A DNA stretch of 64,000 nucleotides from Nymphaea colorata (Eukaryota): positions 15,996,001-16,060,000 of the forward strand of contig NC_045138.2 in the NCBI RefSeq assembly GCF_008831285.2. Reading direction: 5' to 3'. The position numbers and the translations under genes are program-made. The notes under the pieces are model-generated. The model was not told the DNA's origin. It saw nothing but the letters and a program-made list of their open reading frames with translations, and did not search any database. Below, in pieces: positions 12,801 through 27,600 of the stretch (the stretch's first letter is position 1; each line of letters starts with the position of its first letter).

Positions 12801-15800
12801 GCTTGTATGTATTCCAAAAATTGTTGGTTGTTGAACATAATTAATGCCAGGTGGTTTTATATATCTTTTTGATGAAACTGTTAGCAGTAGAAATTCTTAC
12901 TTTTCTATGAAGTCATGCACTCTTGCTTATATCATAAGTAGGAAATGCTTATACATGTTCCAGAATTCTTGGCTTCTGCATTTTTGTGTCTGCCAGATGC
13001 TTGACAATGCACTCCATTTCTGTGAAGCTATTTTAGTACAATTGGTTTAATTTAGGCCCTTGAGGTTGAGATGATATATTTTGCACTTGTATATCTTAAA
13101 GCACATGTGATGTGTTGCAGATTGACCAAGTGGATGTCCGTATGAAGGCAGTGCAATTACTTGGGAGGCTTTTTTCATTGCCTGGATGCCAGGCTGCTCA
13201 TGAATATCATCAATTATTTGTAGAGTTTTTGAAGCGATTCTCTGACAAATCTGTTGAAGTCAGGCTAAGTGCCCTGGAATGTGCTAAAGGGTGCTATATG
13301 GCCAATCCTTCTGGTGTAGAAGCACTTGACATTCTTGGTAAGACAGGATGATGTTGATAATTTCTGCATTTGTTTAAAAGCCTTTTTGCAATAATGTTTG
13401 GTCACTTGCCTCATGTACCCTTCGGCACTTGCATTTGGAAGGTGCTCTTGAAGCTCGGCTTTTGGATTTTGATGAAAAAGTAAGGGTTCAAGTTGTGAAT
13501 ATAATTTGTGATTTGGCACAATGTCATCCAAGATGCATTCCCTCCGAGTTAGTATTGCGTGCGGCAGAAAGGCTTCGTGATAAGAAGGTGAAATCTTGTT
13601 TTAAACTGTTTTTTCCTGCTTCACCTAGCATGAGTAGAATAGCTTGGCAATTGTTATTATTTGAAATTCTATACATATTGCAGGTTTCAGTCAGGAAAAA
13701 TACAATGCAGAGGCTGCTGGAATTGTATACGAGTTACTGCAATAGGTGCTTTGAAGGGGAGATCACACCAGATGATAATTTTGAGCAAATTCCGAGCAGA
13801 ATATTGAGACTTTGCTATGACAAGGACAGCAAGGATTTTAAGTACGTCTTATGTGATTTGTTTGATTGGAAAATAAACCTTTCTCTTTGGGATGATCATT
13901 CTGGATGGTGACTGATGGATCTAAACCTTCATGATGTATTAAATTGTCTATTATTCTACAGGCCTCAAAATGTGGAACTTGTACTTGCGGAAAATTTATT
14001 TCCTGCTTCACTTCCAGTTGCAGAAAGAGTCAGACATTGGATATCTTTCTTCTCTTTCTTTAATTCACCACATATAAAGGCACTAGAGTCTATCTTATCT
14101 CAGAAATGGAGGTATTTTCTTTAAGTGGCGATTTTATCTTTTGTATAAGCTGTGGTTGTTTACTTCTTAAATCTTTTGTAGGTTACAGATGGGGATGCAA
14201 GAATATTTGGCTCTTCGGCAGAAAGGAAAGGTAATAGATATCTGTGGTTTCCTTTGTTTTCTATGTATGCTCAAATTTCAAGTTATGATACTTCAGGTCT
14301 TAAGCTGTCAAATTGATGCTTGATGTGCATGCCACATTAACATGGCACGAACTGGACATGCCATGATCCATCATTGGTACTGTCTATGCGTGACATCTTC
14401 TTAATTTATACTTTTTGCATGGTTTCAATCCTGTTACGTGCTTCTTCATAATATCTTCATATGCTTTTCCAATTTTTAGCTTTAGTTCTGCTTTATCATT
14501 TGTGAATCCTAGTATTTCTGTATCCTGTTCAAGCAACTGCAGTTTATAGGTGATCCAAATAATGTGTTTAAACTCTGAAGTATGTTTATATGCATGTGTC
14601 CCATTATTTTTGTGTGTGCGCTTGCAAGGCTGTTTATCATTGCATGTAGTGCATGTCTACATGTATACAATTTGGTGACAGTTAGTGGCTAAAGAAAAAT
14701 CAAGGGAGATAGAAGAAGAAATGTAAAGGGCTCAACATTTGGACAAGTGACTGGAAACTCTCCCCATGTTCTGTTTATTACTGCTTACAATGTTAGGAGA
14801 AAATGACAGAAGATTTTGATGTACATTGCTACTGCACCATAAAATCCTAAGATTGGAATAAAAAACTTACAATTGTTTAACTGCTTACTTTCAATAGTTT
14901 CTTTTTATGCATGTAAAAAATCTTGTCTATCAGATGTAGTAAAAGCCATATAGGTTATTTAGGTTGACTGATTTTTCAGATTTGCATCTTAAACATCGCT
15001 GTTTACAGGGTCATGTTTGGGAAATATTTTGTAATATTTGTAATATCTAGAGAACCTTTTTGCTTGACATATGAACTAATTGGATAGCTCTCCTAGTGTA
15101 GTATATATCCTTGTAACTAGAAAAAATTGCAAATCCCATTTGACAAGTGGGAATAACAGTTCGATGCTCCCCTTTTCATACTCATCGAAGAGGCACTCAA
15201 CTTTTTTGTGTATCTCTCAAACAACTGATTTGCACCAAAAAACAATTAATTAATTGTTGAAATGACCAAATTGGCCAAGCAAATCAAAATTTAAAATTAA
15301 AATTTTTTTTTAAAAATCATGGCCTCCACGAGATGGTAAGGGCTTGTGGATGGCGGCCGTCGCTCTTCGCTATTCAGCAAGACGCGATGGTGTTTGGCCA
15401 TCCCCATAGCTTCCCTATTAGTGGCAAGGAGCAGGGACCAGCCAATCCTCTCTAAACACTGCACAATAGTGGTTAGCTGGCCATCGACCCTCGCTGAACA
15501 GTGAGGGCCGGCTCCATTGCCTCATGTTGTTCAGCAGGCGTTGACAGCCAGGGCCATTAGCTGCCGCTCAAACATTGGCCGTTGTTGCTTGTTGGATGAG
15601 TGGTGGGGACCAGCCAATGCCCTTGTGTCATATTGAATGCAAGGGGTTGGCAAGGGGTTTGTTTGGTTGCTTCCCCTTGCCATCATCAAACCAGCGATGA
15701 TGGCGAGGGCTGATGTGTCGACATTTGGGTGGCAGCTGTCACCCACACTGTTGTTGCTTGCTGGACGGCTGTTTTTGCTTGGGCAACGCTTGACGCCCAC

Positions 15801-18800
15801 ATTGAACAGCGAGCGTTTGCTTGTGAGTTGTGGCACCTTGTTCTAAATAGTGAGGGCATCAATCCAGCAAGATTGGCTCCATCGTCTAGTGAACGACAAC
15901 ACTGAGGGCTGATGTCCATCACCCAAACATTGGCCATTGCTTTCGCTGCTCGCTTGATGATGGAGGGCAGCAACTAGTGAAATGGTCACCTAAAAGTGTT
16001 TGGCTGGCCGTTGGCCCTCGTCATCTAGTACAACGAGGGCCAGCATTTGGGCGACCGCCATTGGCCCTCATTGTTGCGGCCCACTGGATGGCGTGCTGCA
16101 CTGGAGTCGACCCTCGTTGAACGAGGGTCGAGAGCCAGCCAATTACTGTTGTTCAGTGAGGGTCGACTAGCCCTTTCTCCTCGCCATCGAGAAAGAAGCG
16201 ACGAGGACGTTCGGATGCCGTTGCTTTTTGCTGGACGATGAAGAGTGATGGCTGTCGGGTGATTGTGTAAGAGATACACCAAAAAATTGGGTGCCTTTCT
16301 GATGTGCATGAACTTTTATTCCTTCATTTGTTGAACTGGAATTTGTAATTTTTTCTAACTATTATTGTTGTTTTTTTTTTTTTTTGTGTGTGTGTGTGTT
16401 GGCAGCAGAAAAATGAGCAAAATAGGTGCTTTTCTTGCATCCAAAAATTGGTGGTGGTTTTGATATGTCAGGTTTTGAAAAATCAATGGGAGTGTAGAGC
16501 TTCTTTTCCTTTCAATGTAATAACTATAAACCAGTGTTGCAAATTTCAGTGTCACATATAGGAACCCATAAAAGCTGATGCTCATCAGCGCATATGATGT
16601 GGGGCCATATCGCCCATAAAAAATAAATCACAAAAATAAAAATACATTATTATTATTGTTTTATTATGGTCATATCAGCTGATTAAATTTATAAACCCCT
16701 GGTCGGTTGATATTCTGGAGGGGCCATTGCAGTCCCTTTATAGTTGTAGTTTGCAGGTGATACAATGCATTTAGCTGGTAGATGCACAGCAACATTGGCA
16801 CAAACCTATTGCTTATAGTGCTGAACTAAATAACTTGGGTAAAAATTGCAGAACCTTAGAGACCCAAAAGGGCGTCTTGCAATCCCTGGATTCCATGCAA
16901 TATGAGAAAAATAAAAGGAGTTTATGAAGGGCGAAAAGTAACTCTTACTATATTATCAGGCTGAAATAGGCTTTTGTTGAGGAAAAAAAAATGCTTCTGA
17001 CAAGAAATTGTTCTGTCCATTATGTATTCTGTGCTTAACTAATTTCCTGCAAGTCATCACATTGACTTTTGCCTAAAATGATATTATATAATGTACAATG
17101 AACTAATGGATCCTAGACTGTGCACAATGCACATATATAATGCTGTCTGGATTAGGTTCTATCACTTTCATTGTAAGAGTTGAGGTCAACTATTTGTGTC
17201 TATGAGCTTCAAATCTTCACACTGGCAGTCACCAAAGGTTAATTGTTTGAACATTTGATACACCTTTCTATGGGATTTTCCTCTCTATTAAATTTATGTT
17301 TATTGTTCCATGTCCTGGAGTTGTTTCATTTATTTGTCAGTTTTTCTTTGTCAGCAAGTTTCCTTTCCTGGCAGAAATAGAAAAAGCTATATTGGTTGCT
17401 GCCGTGAACTGTTGCTTTTTTATTGCATTTATGTAATGTTAGTGTTGAAAATGCAGGATGGAAATTCTGATGCAGTGCACAAAGAGGTCTTGGCTTGTTT
17501 CAGGAAAATGTCAACTTCCTTTGCTGATCCTGTGAAAGCACAAGAGAATTTTCAAAACCTGCATCAGATGAAGGATAACAGCATTTTCAAGACATTGCTG
17601 TCCCTTCTAGATGAGCAAAAGGATGTCGAGGCTGCTCAAACTATTCGAGTGAGTTCACAACTGTCTTTTTGTTTGCGTACTTTAACTATCTTCTTCTGTA
17701 CATGTGTTGGTACAAATTGGTTTATTTTCATTACTTTCCAAGTGTCTTGATTGGCAGTCACTTGACAGTAACACACTTTTCTGTCATCAATCAGTGGGGA
17801 GAGAATTGGTCCGATTTGCATAGATGACTTTATAAATTTAGATTTTCATGTAGCTATGGTACTCAGTAGTCTACAGCAAGTTGCTTTAAAAACTAAATAG
17901 TAAATATATTTTCTCCACAAGATGTGAAACAATGGAAGGGTCTGCACAAAGCAATTCTATGAATGCAGATTTTGCTGCGTGTATCCAATGGACCGTGTCC
18001 AATGGATTGTCAGCAATGCAGTTTTAGTAACCAAAATGCCTCCACAGAATTGAGAAAACAGTAGATGGATCTGATGGAGCACTTCAGAGATGCATGCTCA
18101 ACCTTTTGGAAATTATATTTCATCACTCTGGCTAGGAAGCATTTCTTGTTCCTAATCTTCTACAATATTGAGGCTTCCTGTTATGGATTAAATGATCTCC
18201 TTCCTTGGTCGTACCATTGGACCTCATTTCTCATTGCTTTTGTGCTATCCATATCATTTCTTTCTGCGACGCATGAAAAAGTTCGTTCATTATAGCTTAC
18301 TTCAACAGGCCATCACCGGTTTCTGTCTGGATGAGAGTAAGTAGCTAAATATATGTTTTTGGTTCAACAACTTTTGAGTTTCGACTTATTCAGGAGTTAT
18401 ATTTGTTGCATGTGATGACCAGTATCAAAGGTTCTGCCAATTGCATGAGGCCTGGTAAATAAGGCTGGGTGTATGAGCTTGTTTTGGTCCTCTTAGGCAT
18501 CCTTTTTGAATGTTTAGCCCATAATGTCATATCTATTTTTACTGCCTCCTGTAATTTTTTACTGGTCTTTTCTTTTCTTCTTTTCTTCTGTTTTCTTTTT
18601 TATTTTTCTTTTGATAGTTGCCTCTGCATGCATTGGGTCAACCTTCATCTTGTGTTATAACTAATGAGGTTGCCTGAGCTTGCAGCCAGGTAAGGGCGTT
18701 TTTCTGCCTGGGTTTCATATCATTAAAATAGCATTGTAAGCATTCTTGGATCTGGATTTTTTTTCAAAATCTTGTTAGGATCTGATTTAGGTTGGTCTGT

Positions 18801-21800
18801 CATCCTGTCCAGGTTTAGACTATTCTAGATTGAACATGATCTAGGTTCATATAAATTTTTTTTATGTTACGTTTTTTAATTACAAGGGGCAGTATTATTT
18901 CAACTTGGCTTGTACCTGAATTTAGTCTTTATGTTATCACATATTATTTGGATCCTAATAAGGACTTTAAGATGGCTTCAGATGTTGGACGTACAAAACC
19001 TAGGGCAAAATGTCATATAGGTGCAATATATGGGAAACTTATCATATGTAAACGGAAGATAGTTTAGTGCTTAAAGCTCATGACAAATACTCGTAGCTTT
19101 TAGGAAGTCCCCATTCAACTTCTCATTAGAAAAAGTTCCTACATGTTTTGGCTTTTGGGTTTAAAGACATTTTCAGAATGAACAAAGGAAACAAAATTTA
19201 ATGTCAGCAGTATTCGTTTATATCATCAACTTCAATTTGGTTGTTAAATTAGATGCGTCAGAACTGCGTATGAACTAGATGATGATATGAGATGCCCATC
19301 CCTTGGGATGGGCAGTTCTCGTGTTACTTGGTAAAAGTTGTAAATATGGAGCATATTAATTTTAACCATCAATTAATATGTTTGAGATAATGATAAGACA
19401 CAGGACACAATGTAGACCATATGGCTGATGCTCAGTTTTCAATGTAGACCATGCGTGACGTTTAATTTAACACTCCAATATCGTTGCATATAGTGTTTTA
19501 ATTTTTTGAGCTTTGAGTACAGAAGCAATGTATTGATGCTTTCATGTCGTGGAGTACTTGCACTAACGGTTGGTGGTTTACAGTTGGTTCTCTGTTACTC
19601 TTTTGTGTTTGTTGTTTACTAAATTATATTGCACTTTTCCTCTCCTGTTGCTTGTTAGGATGATCTGCTAAAGAGGATAGGAAGTAGGCATCCACAATAT
19701 GAATTCTTGAGGATACTCAGTGCTAAATGCTCAAACACCTTATTCAATGCGGAGCATGTCAATTTGATCATTTTGTATTGTCTGTCTAACAATGCTCAAG
19801 CCAAGGCACTTGTGGCTTCCGCCATAGATCTCTTATGGGTAAGAAGTATAGCATGGCTTATCTCATCGTTCATTTTCACTTTATGCTTTTTAATTATATG
19901 ATTCATGGACTTTTTTGATATTTTGGGTAGTGTTGTTCATCATATAAACCGTTATAGGTCTAAGGTGTCTATGTTCTTATTTTGGGTAGTATTATTCAGC
20001 CAACAGAGTGTACCCTTTAGAAGCAACAGGTTGGGAAACCAAGAGAAAGATGTTTTCCATTTCTTGTTGGTTGTTGTCGTCCTTCAAATAATCTTGTATA
20101 ACTTCTCTTAGGTGGAAAATCCATTATTCTTATTCCACTAGGGCTTGATTATGAAAAGAATTAGTTTGATCCAGATCATGTTTTTTAGTGAACAGGTATG
20201 AGAAAAATATATGCTCGCGCACACATGCTCTCCAATGCAAGGAGGCTTGGTTAATGGAAATGTGCATGAGGGCATGTAAGCTTTTTGTTCTCCAAAAGCA
20301 TCTAATGTCAGGATCTTTCTTCTTCTAGTCCTGTTGCTAGTGTTGTCTGCAACTTTTGGTCTCTCATTTGCCATCTCTCGGTTCTGGAAGCAGTAGAAAT
20401 ATTGAACTGAAGGAATCATCAAATATGATCTCCATATATAAATGTATATGTGTGTGTTTGCTGTGATCACACACGTGTGCCTCCATGTAAGCATCTGTGC
20501 ATGTGCATCTTTTGTTTTTTGGCCTTTACATGAAATACAACAATATAGAATGTGCTTGGAGCCGGTTTTGCTTTAATCATGTTGAACAAAATTCAATGCT
20601 AGCATAAACTTGTACTTTTGGAGATGCACCTGCACTATTCTCAAGGCTTCCTTGCTGGGTGATTTATCTCAACAATCTGTCTACTGTTTTATGGTTATCA
20701 TATAAATAACATCAGCAATAATTCTCAAAATTTGTGGAGTTCTCACTCTTTATGCTGCAAACCATTTGCCTTAGAGTGAACCTATATATGCCTGTTATGT
20801 ATTTTCGTATGTTACTGCACACTTTGTGCTTTATGTGCACTGTTATTGGGTATCTGGTACTTTTTCTCCAGAATATTCTTAGTGTTAGAACTAAGTGTGC
20901 ATTTTTATATCAATTTGTGGAAATTTTGTTTATTTTTGTTGCTTTATTTGTGTGATTTGATCGTATTCATTTTCTTGTTTGGGAAGACTGTGGTCAACAT
21001 CTGTCCTTCAATTCTAAAAGGCTCTGAAGAGGGCTTTGTTAAGCTGTTGATGGAAAAACTTTGCCCTTTCGAAGACAAGCTCCTGCAGACTTTGGCCAGA
21101 GCAGGCAGTCATATTTCAATTGCATTTCCGTAAGTATATTGGCTATTGTAATAAGGTTATGAATCTGTTCCATGTTTATGCATGATTATACACATAGTTG
21201 GAAATGACGTTCATTTGTATTAATGTTCCCATTTCCCAACTTTTAGATGTTGATTGCTTTTCTTCTAGACCACTGATGTTAGATATAGGCAAAATGTTTC
21301 TCTTATAATTGCTGCCTTGGAAAGGACGTGCATATCTCTGTGGTATGAGTGTCTCTATGTGTTTGAGGTATTAGTGTCTTTGTGAGGTCTCCTGCATTTG
21401 AAGTTTTTTGCTTTTGTGCATTCTTATATGTCTAGTCTTTGCAATTGGCACCGGCATAAGTGATGCAATACTTTGAACAGTACAACTTGCAAGTTTGGAA
21501 TTGTAAATCAGGCCCAAACAAGATTAATGCTTCAACAATGTCACACTTGAAGCTTCCTCCAACACAACAAAGTAATACTCAAGAGGCCTCACCCAAGAGG
21601 AACAAATAACATATATTGATTCCAATAAACACTACAAGAAGTGGCTAAAAAGCCATCAGCAAAATAGTGGAGCATGTACACGATTTATAGAGGAGAGAAC
21701 AAAAGGGAGAAGAGAGCTAGCCGTTGGGACTAGTTCCAACGGCTAGAAATCTAGCCGTTGGGACTAGTCCCCTTTTAGGAATAATGAAAAAAAAGGGGTA

Positions 21801-21862
21801 AAAAATAGGGGAAGTAAAAATACATAAAAAAGGAAAAATTACATATGTATCCTAATATCCAA

Positions 21863-21919
<57 letters not shown>

Positions 21920-24598
21920 AGGCATATATTAGATGACTAATATATGTAATATATATATAAATGTATATGTATACATTTGGAATACATACATTCTAACAGG
22001 AATTTGTGGTTGCATTTAGGAACGCTTTTAAACGAGCTAGTAAATTAGTAATGTATACATTCTGAGTTTGTGCTGCACTTTTTATTTGCACCGCTTCTTC
22101 TTTCAGTAATCCTGCATTAACTTACTAATTTTTAGTCAATTATTTTGGTTTCTAGTTCAATATTTCCATTCCTGGAGCAGCAGTGTTTGGAGGGAACCCG
22201 TTCACGAGCAAAGCATTCTCTTCCAGCAATTGTTGCATTAACAGATGCATCATGTGAGCCAGCTTTGTCAGATCTGTTTAGGGTATGTTTGTCCTGCTAT
22301 TCAACCAGGAGATGGGCTTGGAAGCAGTTATAAATTAATTTTTTACTATGCCAGAATTTGTTGTTTCGGACTTTCTGTTAATGTGTTTCTGTTCTTGGCA
22401 TATTTTTTAGATCGAGGATAATGTCTAATTATTATTATCAACTAAAAGTTTCTCTTCTCCCCATTTAAACCTTTTCTTTTGATTCCATTCTATGTAAATG
22501 CAACTTTAATATAATGTAGCTGCCTCTGTCATGATACAGTCGGCAGGCACTGGCCGATATACTTAATGGATTCTCTATACACCTGATTAGATTGGACACG
22601 TTTGTATATTCCAAAACTCAAATTTCAAGAAGGGGTACATGTTTCGTGTTTTTTATTTTTCTATTTGGCCTTTATTTGTCTTTTTTTGCTTGATCAAGAA
22701 AAACTGGTAACTTGGTAATCTGATTGACTTTGGGGTGCATCGTGGATGTAAATCTGCTTGCTTAATAACTGGTGCTTATGTCTCCAATAGTCTAATTAGA
22801 TATTTTATTGGAGAATTTTTTAATTGTTTATTTATATTTTTTTGATAGGAAATGCCTGTCGTTTTTATTTTTCTTTACATACTTTTTGCAGGACTCAAAA
22901 TTTTTGAAATTTTCCAGGGAAACCACTTTTTTGAGAAAAAAAAAACTCCTGAGAAAAACTTTGCTGAGAACAAGATTGATGCCTATGTTTTGTTTGCTGA
23001 ACCCAAATTCTGGCATCGTTTTTCTTTTTTTTTTGGAGAGCTTTCGTTACATTTTATTTAATTTGATAGCTTGGAATTAATCTTTTCTTACTTTCTTTTC
23101 TTTGCTTCACTCATGCTCCATTGGTTTATCCTTTGAGCGGCTATACACATATTTGACATAGCCTCCCCATTTTTATTCCCTCATTACATCTCAACATTAT
23201 TTTAAGCTGTGTTACATGCTTCAGCAAATTAAATCTGAAGATTTTGCACTAGCAGCATCTATTGTATCCTACAAGTAGGGTATTTGGATGATCGCGGGGA
23301 AACAGCCACATGCGAGTTTTGTTAACATTTTGTTATTATAAATTTGGTTTTCTTAGAATATCATAATTCTTCTTGATAATGTTTTTCATTGTTGATGGAA
23401 TCAAATGAATGATACTTTCCTTTTTTTCTTTTTACATGTGCTTATTATTTCTCTCCGTTTATTAATTTCAGAAACTTGTGGACTCTCTTTTTGCTGGGAG
23501 GAATGTGCCAACTGTTTTACAATCATTGAGCACACTTGCTCAACATCGTGTTTCAATGTATGAAACTTGTGATGAAGAAATCACACAGCATATCATTCAA
23601 AAAATTTTCCGAGTGTCCAATGTGAGTTTTTAATGCCTGAAATCCTTGGAAAAGAGGCTACTTTTTGACTATTTCAGTCTGAATTAATTGCTGAATAATG
23701 GTGTACTACTGTTTGTTCAGTCAGATTGGCATGACCACTTGGATGAGGGATCATCATGTACCTACAACTGTAAATTGAAGGTATCTATTATCGAGTAGTT
23801 TAAAATTTATTTGAGCCACACAGGAAGATGTAGGTGTTATTCCTTAGCTATTTGTGCTTTGTGTTCATGTTTCCTCCCATTATATATTAAACTATTTTTT
23901 CAAACAGGTATATGCTCTGAAGGCACTTGTCAAGAGTTTTTTGCCATTAGAAGGAACTCGTTCAAGGCAAAAGCTTGGGCGACTATTTGGTATTTTATTA
24001 AAGCTCATGCTGGTGGGTGAAATTTCAGATGGCATTAATTCAAGGTATGTTCTTGCTCCGGCAGATTTGCTATTGTACTTTTTGGAAGATGTTAACTCAG
24101 ATTTGGGACGTTTATACTCTGCTACTGAAAACTATATCTCATGGTTCTTTACCATATAAACACAGAAAGGGAAGTTGCTAAGCAGGGTATCATTTTGTTA
24201 TACTCTTTTCTGACTTACGGCATTTGCTTTTCAAGTTCTTTTTCCTGGTTGTGAAGTAACTTTGGCTGTAGGATCTAGTTTGGAGCCTATTTCAAAAGAC
24301 ATAAAGCTATGTTATCCCAGAAATAAATAAATTAAATTTCAGGAACCACCAAGAAATTGTCAGGATAACATTGTTATTTATTTGGCAGTTCTGCACTTCA
24401 ATAAGCATCTCACTGTTTGTGACTATCCTGAAATGGGGAAGAATGTTAAAATACAACATGTCTTTGGTGTTAGTCAATCTGCTCTCTACTCATTTACTAG
24501 TTTGCTACCTATCCGTTCCCAATTATCTTTTTCCTAAGCTTACAAACTAGCACAAACTGAATTTAGAAATGCAAATTGAAGGTCTACACACACACACG

Positions 24599-24660
<62 letters not shown>

Positions 24661-27600
24661 CATATATATATGATAGATATGTAGAGAGAGGACATAATTT
24701 TTTGTGAACTTCTGCTTTTATCTGCACTTTTTGTGATACAGCCTTTTCCTAGTTTGTTTTAGTTATGTGTACATTTAACTTGTATTTTTTATGAACACAT
24801 GCTATTCTATGCAATGCTTATTGACAGTAATATGGCAATGCCATTTTATGTTCATTTAATATTTTCAGTGAGAACGACAAAGCTCATCTCAGGTTAGCTG
24901 CAGCTGTATCTGTTCTTCGACTGGCTAGAAAATGGGATGCTCAAGTTTCACCACAACTTTTCCATGTAGTGATTCAAAGGGCTCGGGTAAGCCAGATGAA
25001 TAAGCTTTTGCTCATCTTGGGGAAGTAAAGTGAATTTTTAGATTCATCTTGGGTCTTTTCATTTTCATGTCATTAAAGCTCTATATTGTTTCACTTGATG
25101 TTTATGGTTGTTACTGTTATATGTGCGCATGTTATGTAATTCCAATGTGTAATAAGTCAATAGCTATGTTTCTGAATGCGTTATTATGAAAATAGCAAAT
25201 AAATTGTATAAACCTGTCTGTCAGCTGCATGACCTGTTCAGCATGCACGATGTTGATTTGTACTCCATTCTGTTAGTTTTTGTTGTGTGAATATGCTCAA
25301 GTGTACTCCAATCCCTTGTACATCTGGGCATGCTAAAGTCTCGCTGAGGATTCAAAACGCAAAATTACTCACTTCCAGCTGTATTCCGTACAAATCTCAA
25401 GGTATCCAAGGAGAACAAATAAACAATAAACTAAAATCAATTTGAACTTAATATGCATATATGATTCCACAGGATTACTGATCAGCCTGATCTTGATGGT
25501 ATGCTGATTCAGCCTATCATGTTATCGGGGTTCTGCATCTCCTAGTGAATGTAATCCTGCATTGCAACTTAGCATCCGGGCCAGTGAACTAGGTCAATGT
25601 AATAAATGTCGTTTGCCATCTCAACGCAGGATTTTAATATATGAAGCCAGCTAGGTTATGAAGTTCCATAAGAAATCTAATCCAACCTGAGACCTGAATT
25701 TGCTTTCTACTGGTATGATAACCATAGTCGACCAGTTAGTGGCTGGTCTAGCTTACTCTGTTTTAACCAGATTAGCTGCACTAATATATGGTTTTCCTTA
25801 TGACAAAAACAATTGGACCTGCTGGCGTGTTTACCATTATGTTCTAATTGAGTGGAGTCTGGATCACTCACCATTATGGGTGTCTGATCGGTTGTACCCA
25901 AATGTCAAGGACTCCAGAAATATTGATCTTTAACTGCAAAATTTCTTTCTCTTTTAATGCTTGTATAGGCATGGAGGGGCTCATTACCCCACCAATTCCT
26001 TGCTGATATATTTTTGAGACTGAGATTTGTAGAAATTTCTTGTCATACTTTTTTTTTTTGTCATTTTTGCGAACACTTAATTTGGTATTTTTTATATCAG
26101 GATCATTCGGATTTGGTTCGCCATTGTTTTGTTGACAAAATAAACAAGTTCCTGAGATCACGCTCCTTACCCAGAAAATATGCTTGTGCTTTCGCAGTGG
26201 CTGCTTGTGTTTGCCATGACAATTTTCAGGAAGATGTAGGTTTTTTAGCATTTTCTATCTTTGTTGCACATGTTTCATCTTGTTGTCATGCCTATGGGTT
26301 TGATTATGACAATGATTGGGCTTTACTCTGTTGCTTCTTCATTTCTCCCCTAGTGTGTAAGATACCTCACTGGATTTATAGAAGACTATCGTCAAGAGGC
26401 TCGGAATCGTCAAGCATCTTCTCACAACTCAGATGGAGTAACAATGACATACTATCCTGAATATGTTCTTCCTTATTTGATTCATGTCCTTGCTCACGAT
26501 CCACTTTTTCCTGATATGGATTGCCAAGATAGTGCTGGTTTTGTTACAGTTTGCAGGTACTTGTATGGTGTGTTAGTTATTGTTATTTGCAACACTTTTA
26601 TTATGCAATTTGAAGCTTTCTTTCATTATTTTATTGTTTTAAATATTGCTTTGCAGTCCTCTTTTTATTTTATTGAAGGCTCTTATCATCTCTGGTCCCA
26701 CTGATGACATCAAAAGGGAATCTTCCGAGAGCATATCATTCACATTAGGTATTCTGCGTGCTATTAAAATGTCAGAAGATGCTGTTGATGAAAAAAAGAG
26801 TAATGTTAGTATTCTGGAATTTCTGTTAAGATATTACTTGGCTGTTCTTTCTTTTTGGTTTTCATTATTTTTGTTTTCTGCCTTCTGCGTTGCAGAACCT
26901 ACACGTGCTAGCGGATGTTGGTTTGATTTTCACAAAATCTTTGGGTGGAAGCAATCAGCTTCCTTCTCAAGTACTGGGGAAGGTTTTGCTTCCATCGTCT
27001 TTTTATAGAGTCAGGCCAGATGCAAAAAGCAGAAGGGTATGTTGACTACTATTTTGCTTGTACATTTGATTTTTTTTTTTTTAATTTTCTGACAAACGTC
27101 TGTTGTTTTTAGCTCAGGCAGATGATAATTGCCTGCCCGATTGTATTGCTAATGGCTCTTTCCTTGAAAAGGTTCAGAGTGTCTGGTCACATATTTTCCA
27201 GGTAGATTATTTGTTGTTTGTCCGTCTTTAATATCATATTTCTGTTCATATATAAATATTTATCTATGCGCACACATATCCATACTTTTTTATAATCTTG
27301 CATGCTCTTATTATTTGAGTGCAGCTTTCTGGGAAACGGGGGAAAAGGTTGCAGGAGGAGGTTCTACATGTTGAAGATAAAAGCAGTGGGAAGTTGGTAA
27401 CAGAAAAGCACTCAAGTCATAAAATAAGTGGTGGGGATAATATGGCAGATCTCTCTGATGGTAATGGAAAAGCATCTTCAAAGACCTTCAGAAGTGAAGG
27501 TAGCTCTAGGTGCAAGGCCAAGTCTGTGTTACCATCTAAAACTACCAGTTCACAGATGTCATCTCATGAAAATTCAACCTCGAGCGATGGAGCTCTCAGA

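Noticed and set aside
15531..16309. Several 60-100 aa ORFs in PDS5B intron 10
   Set aside because: They lie in the GC-rich repetitive interior of a MULE-like relic; no transposase or host-gene motifs are seen.
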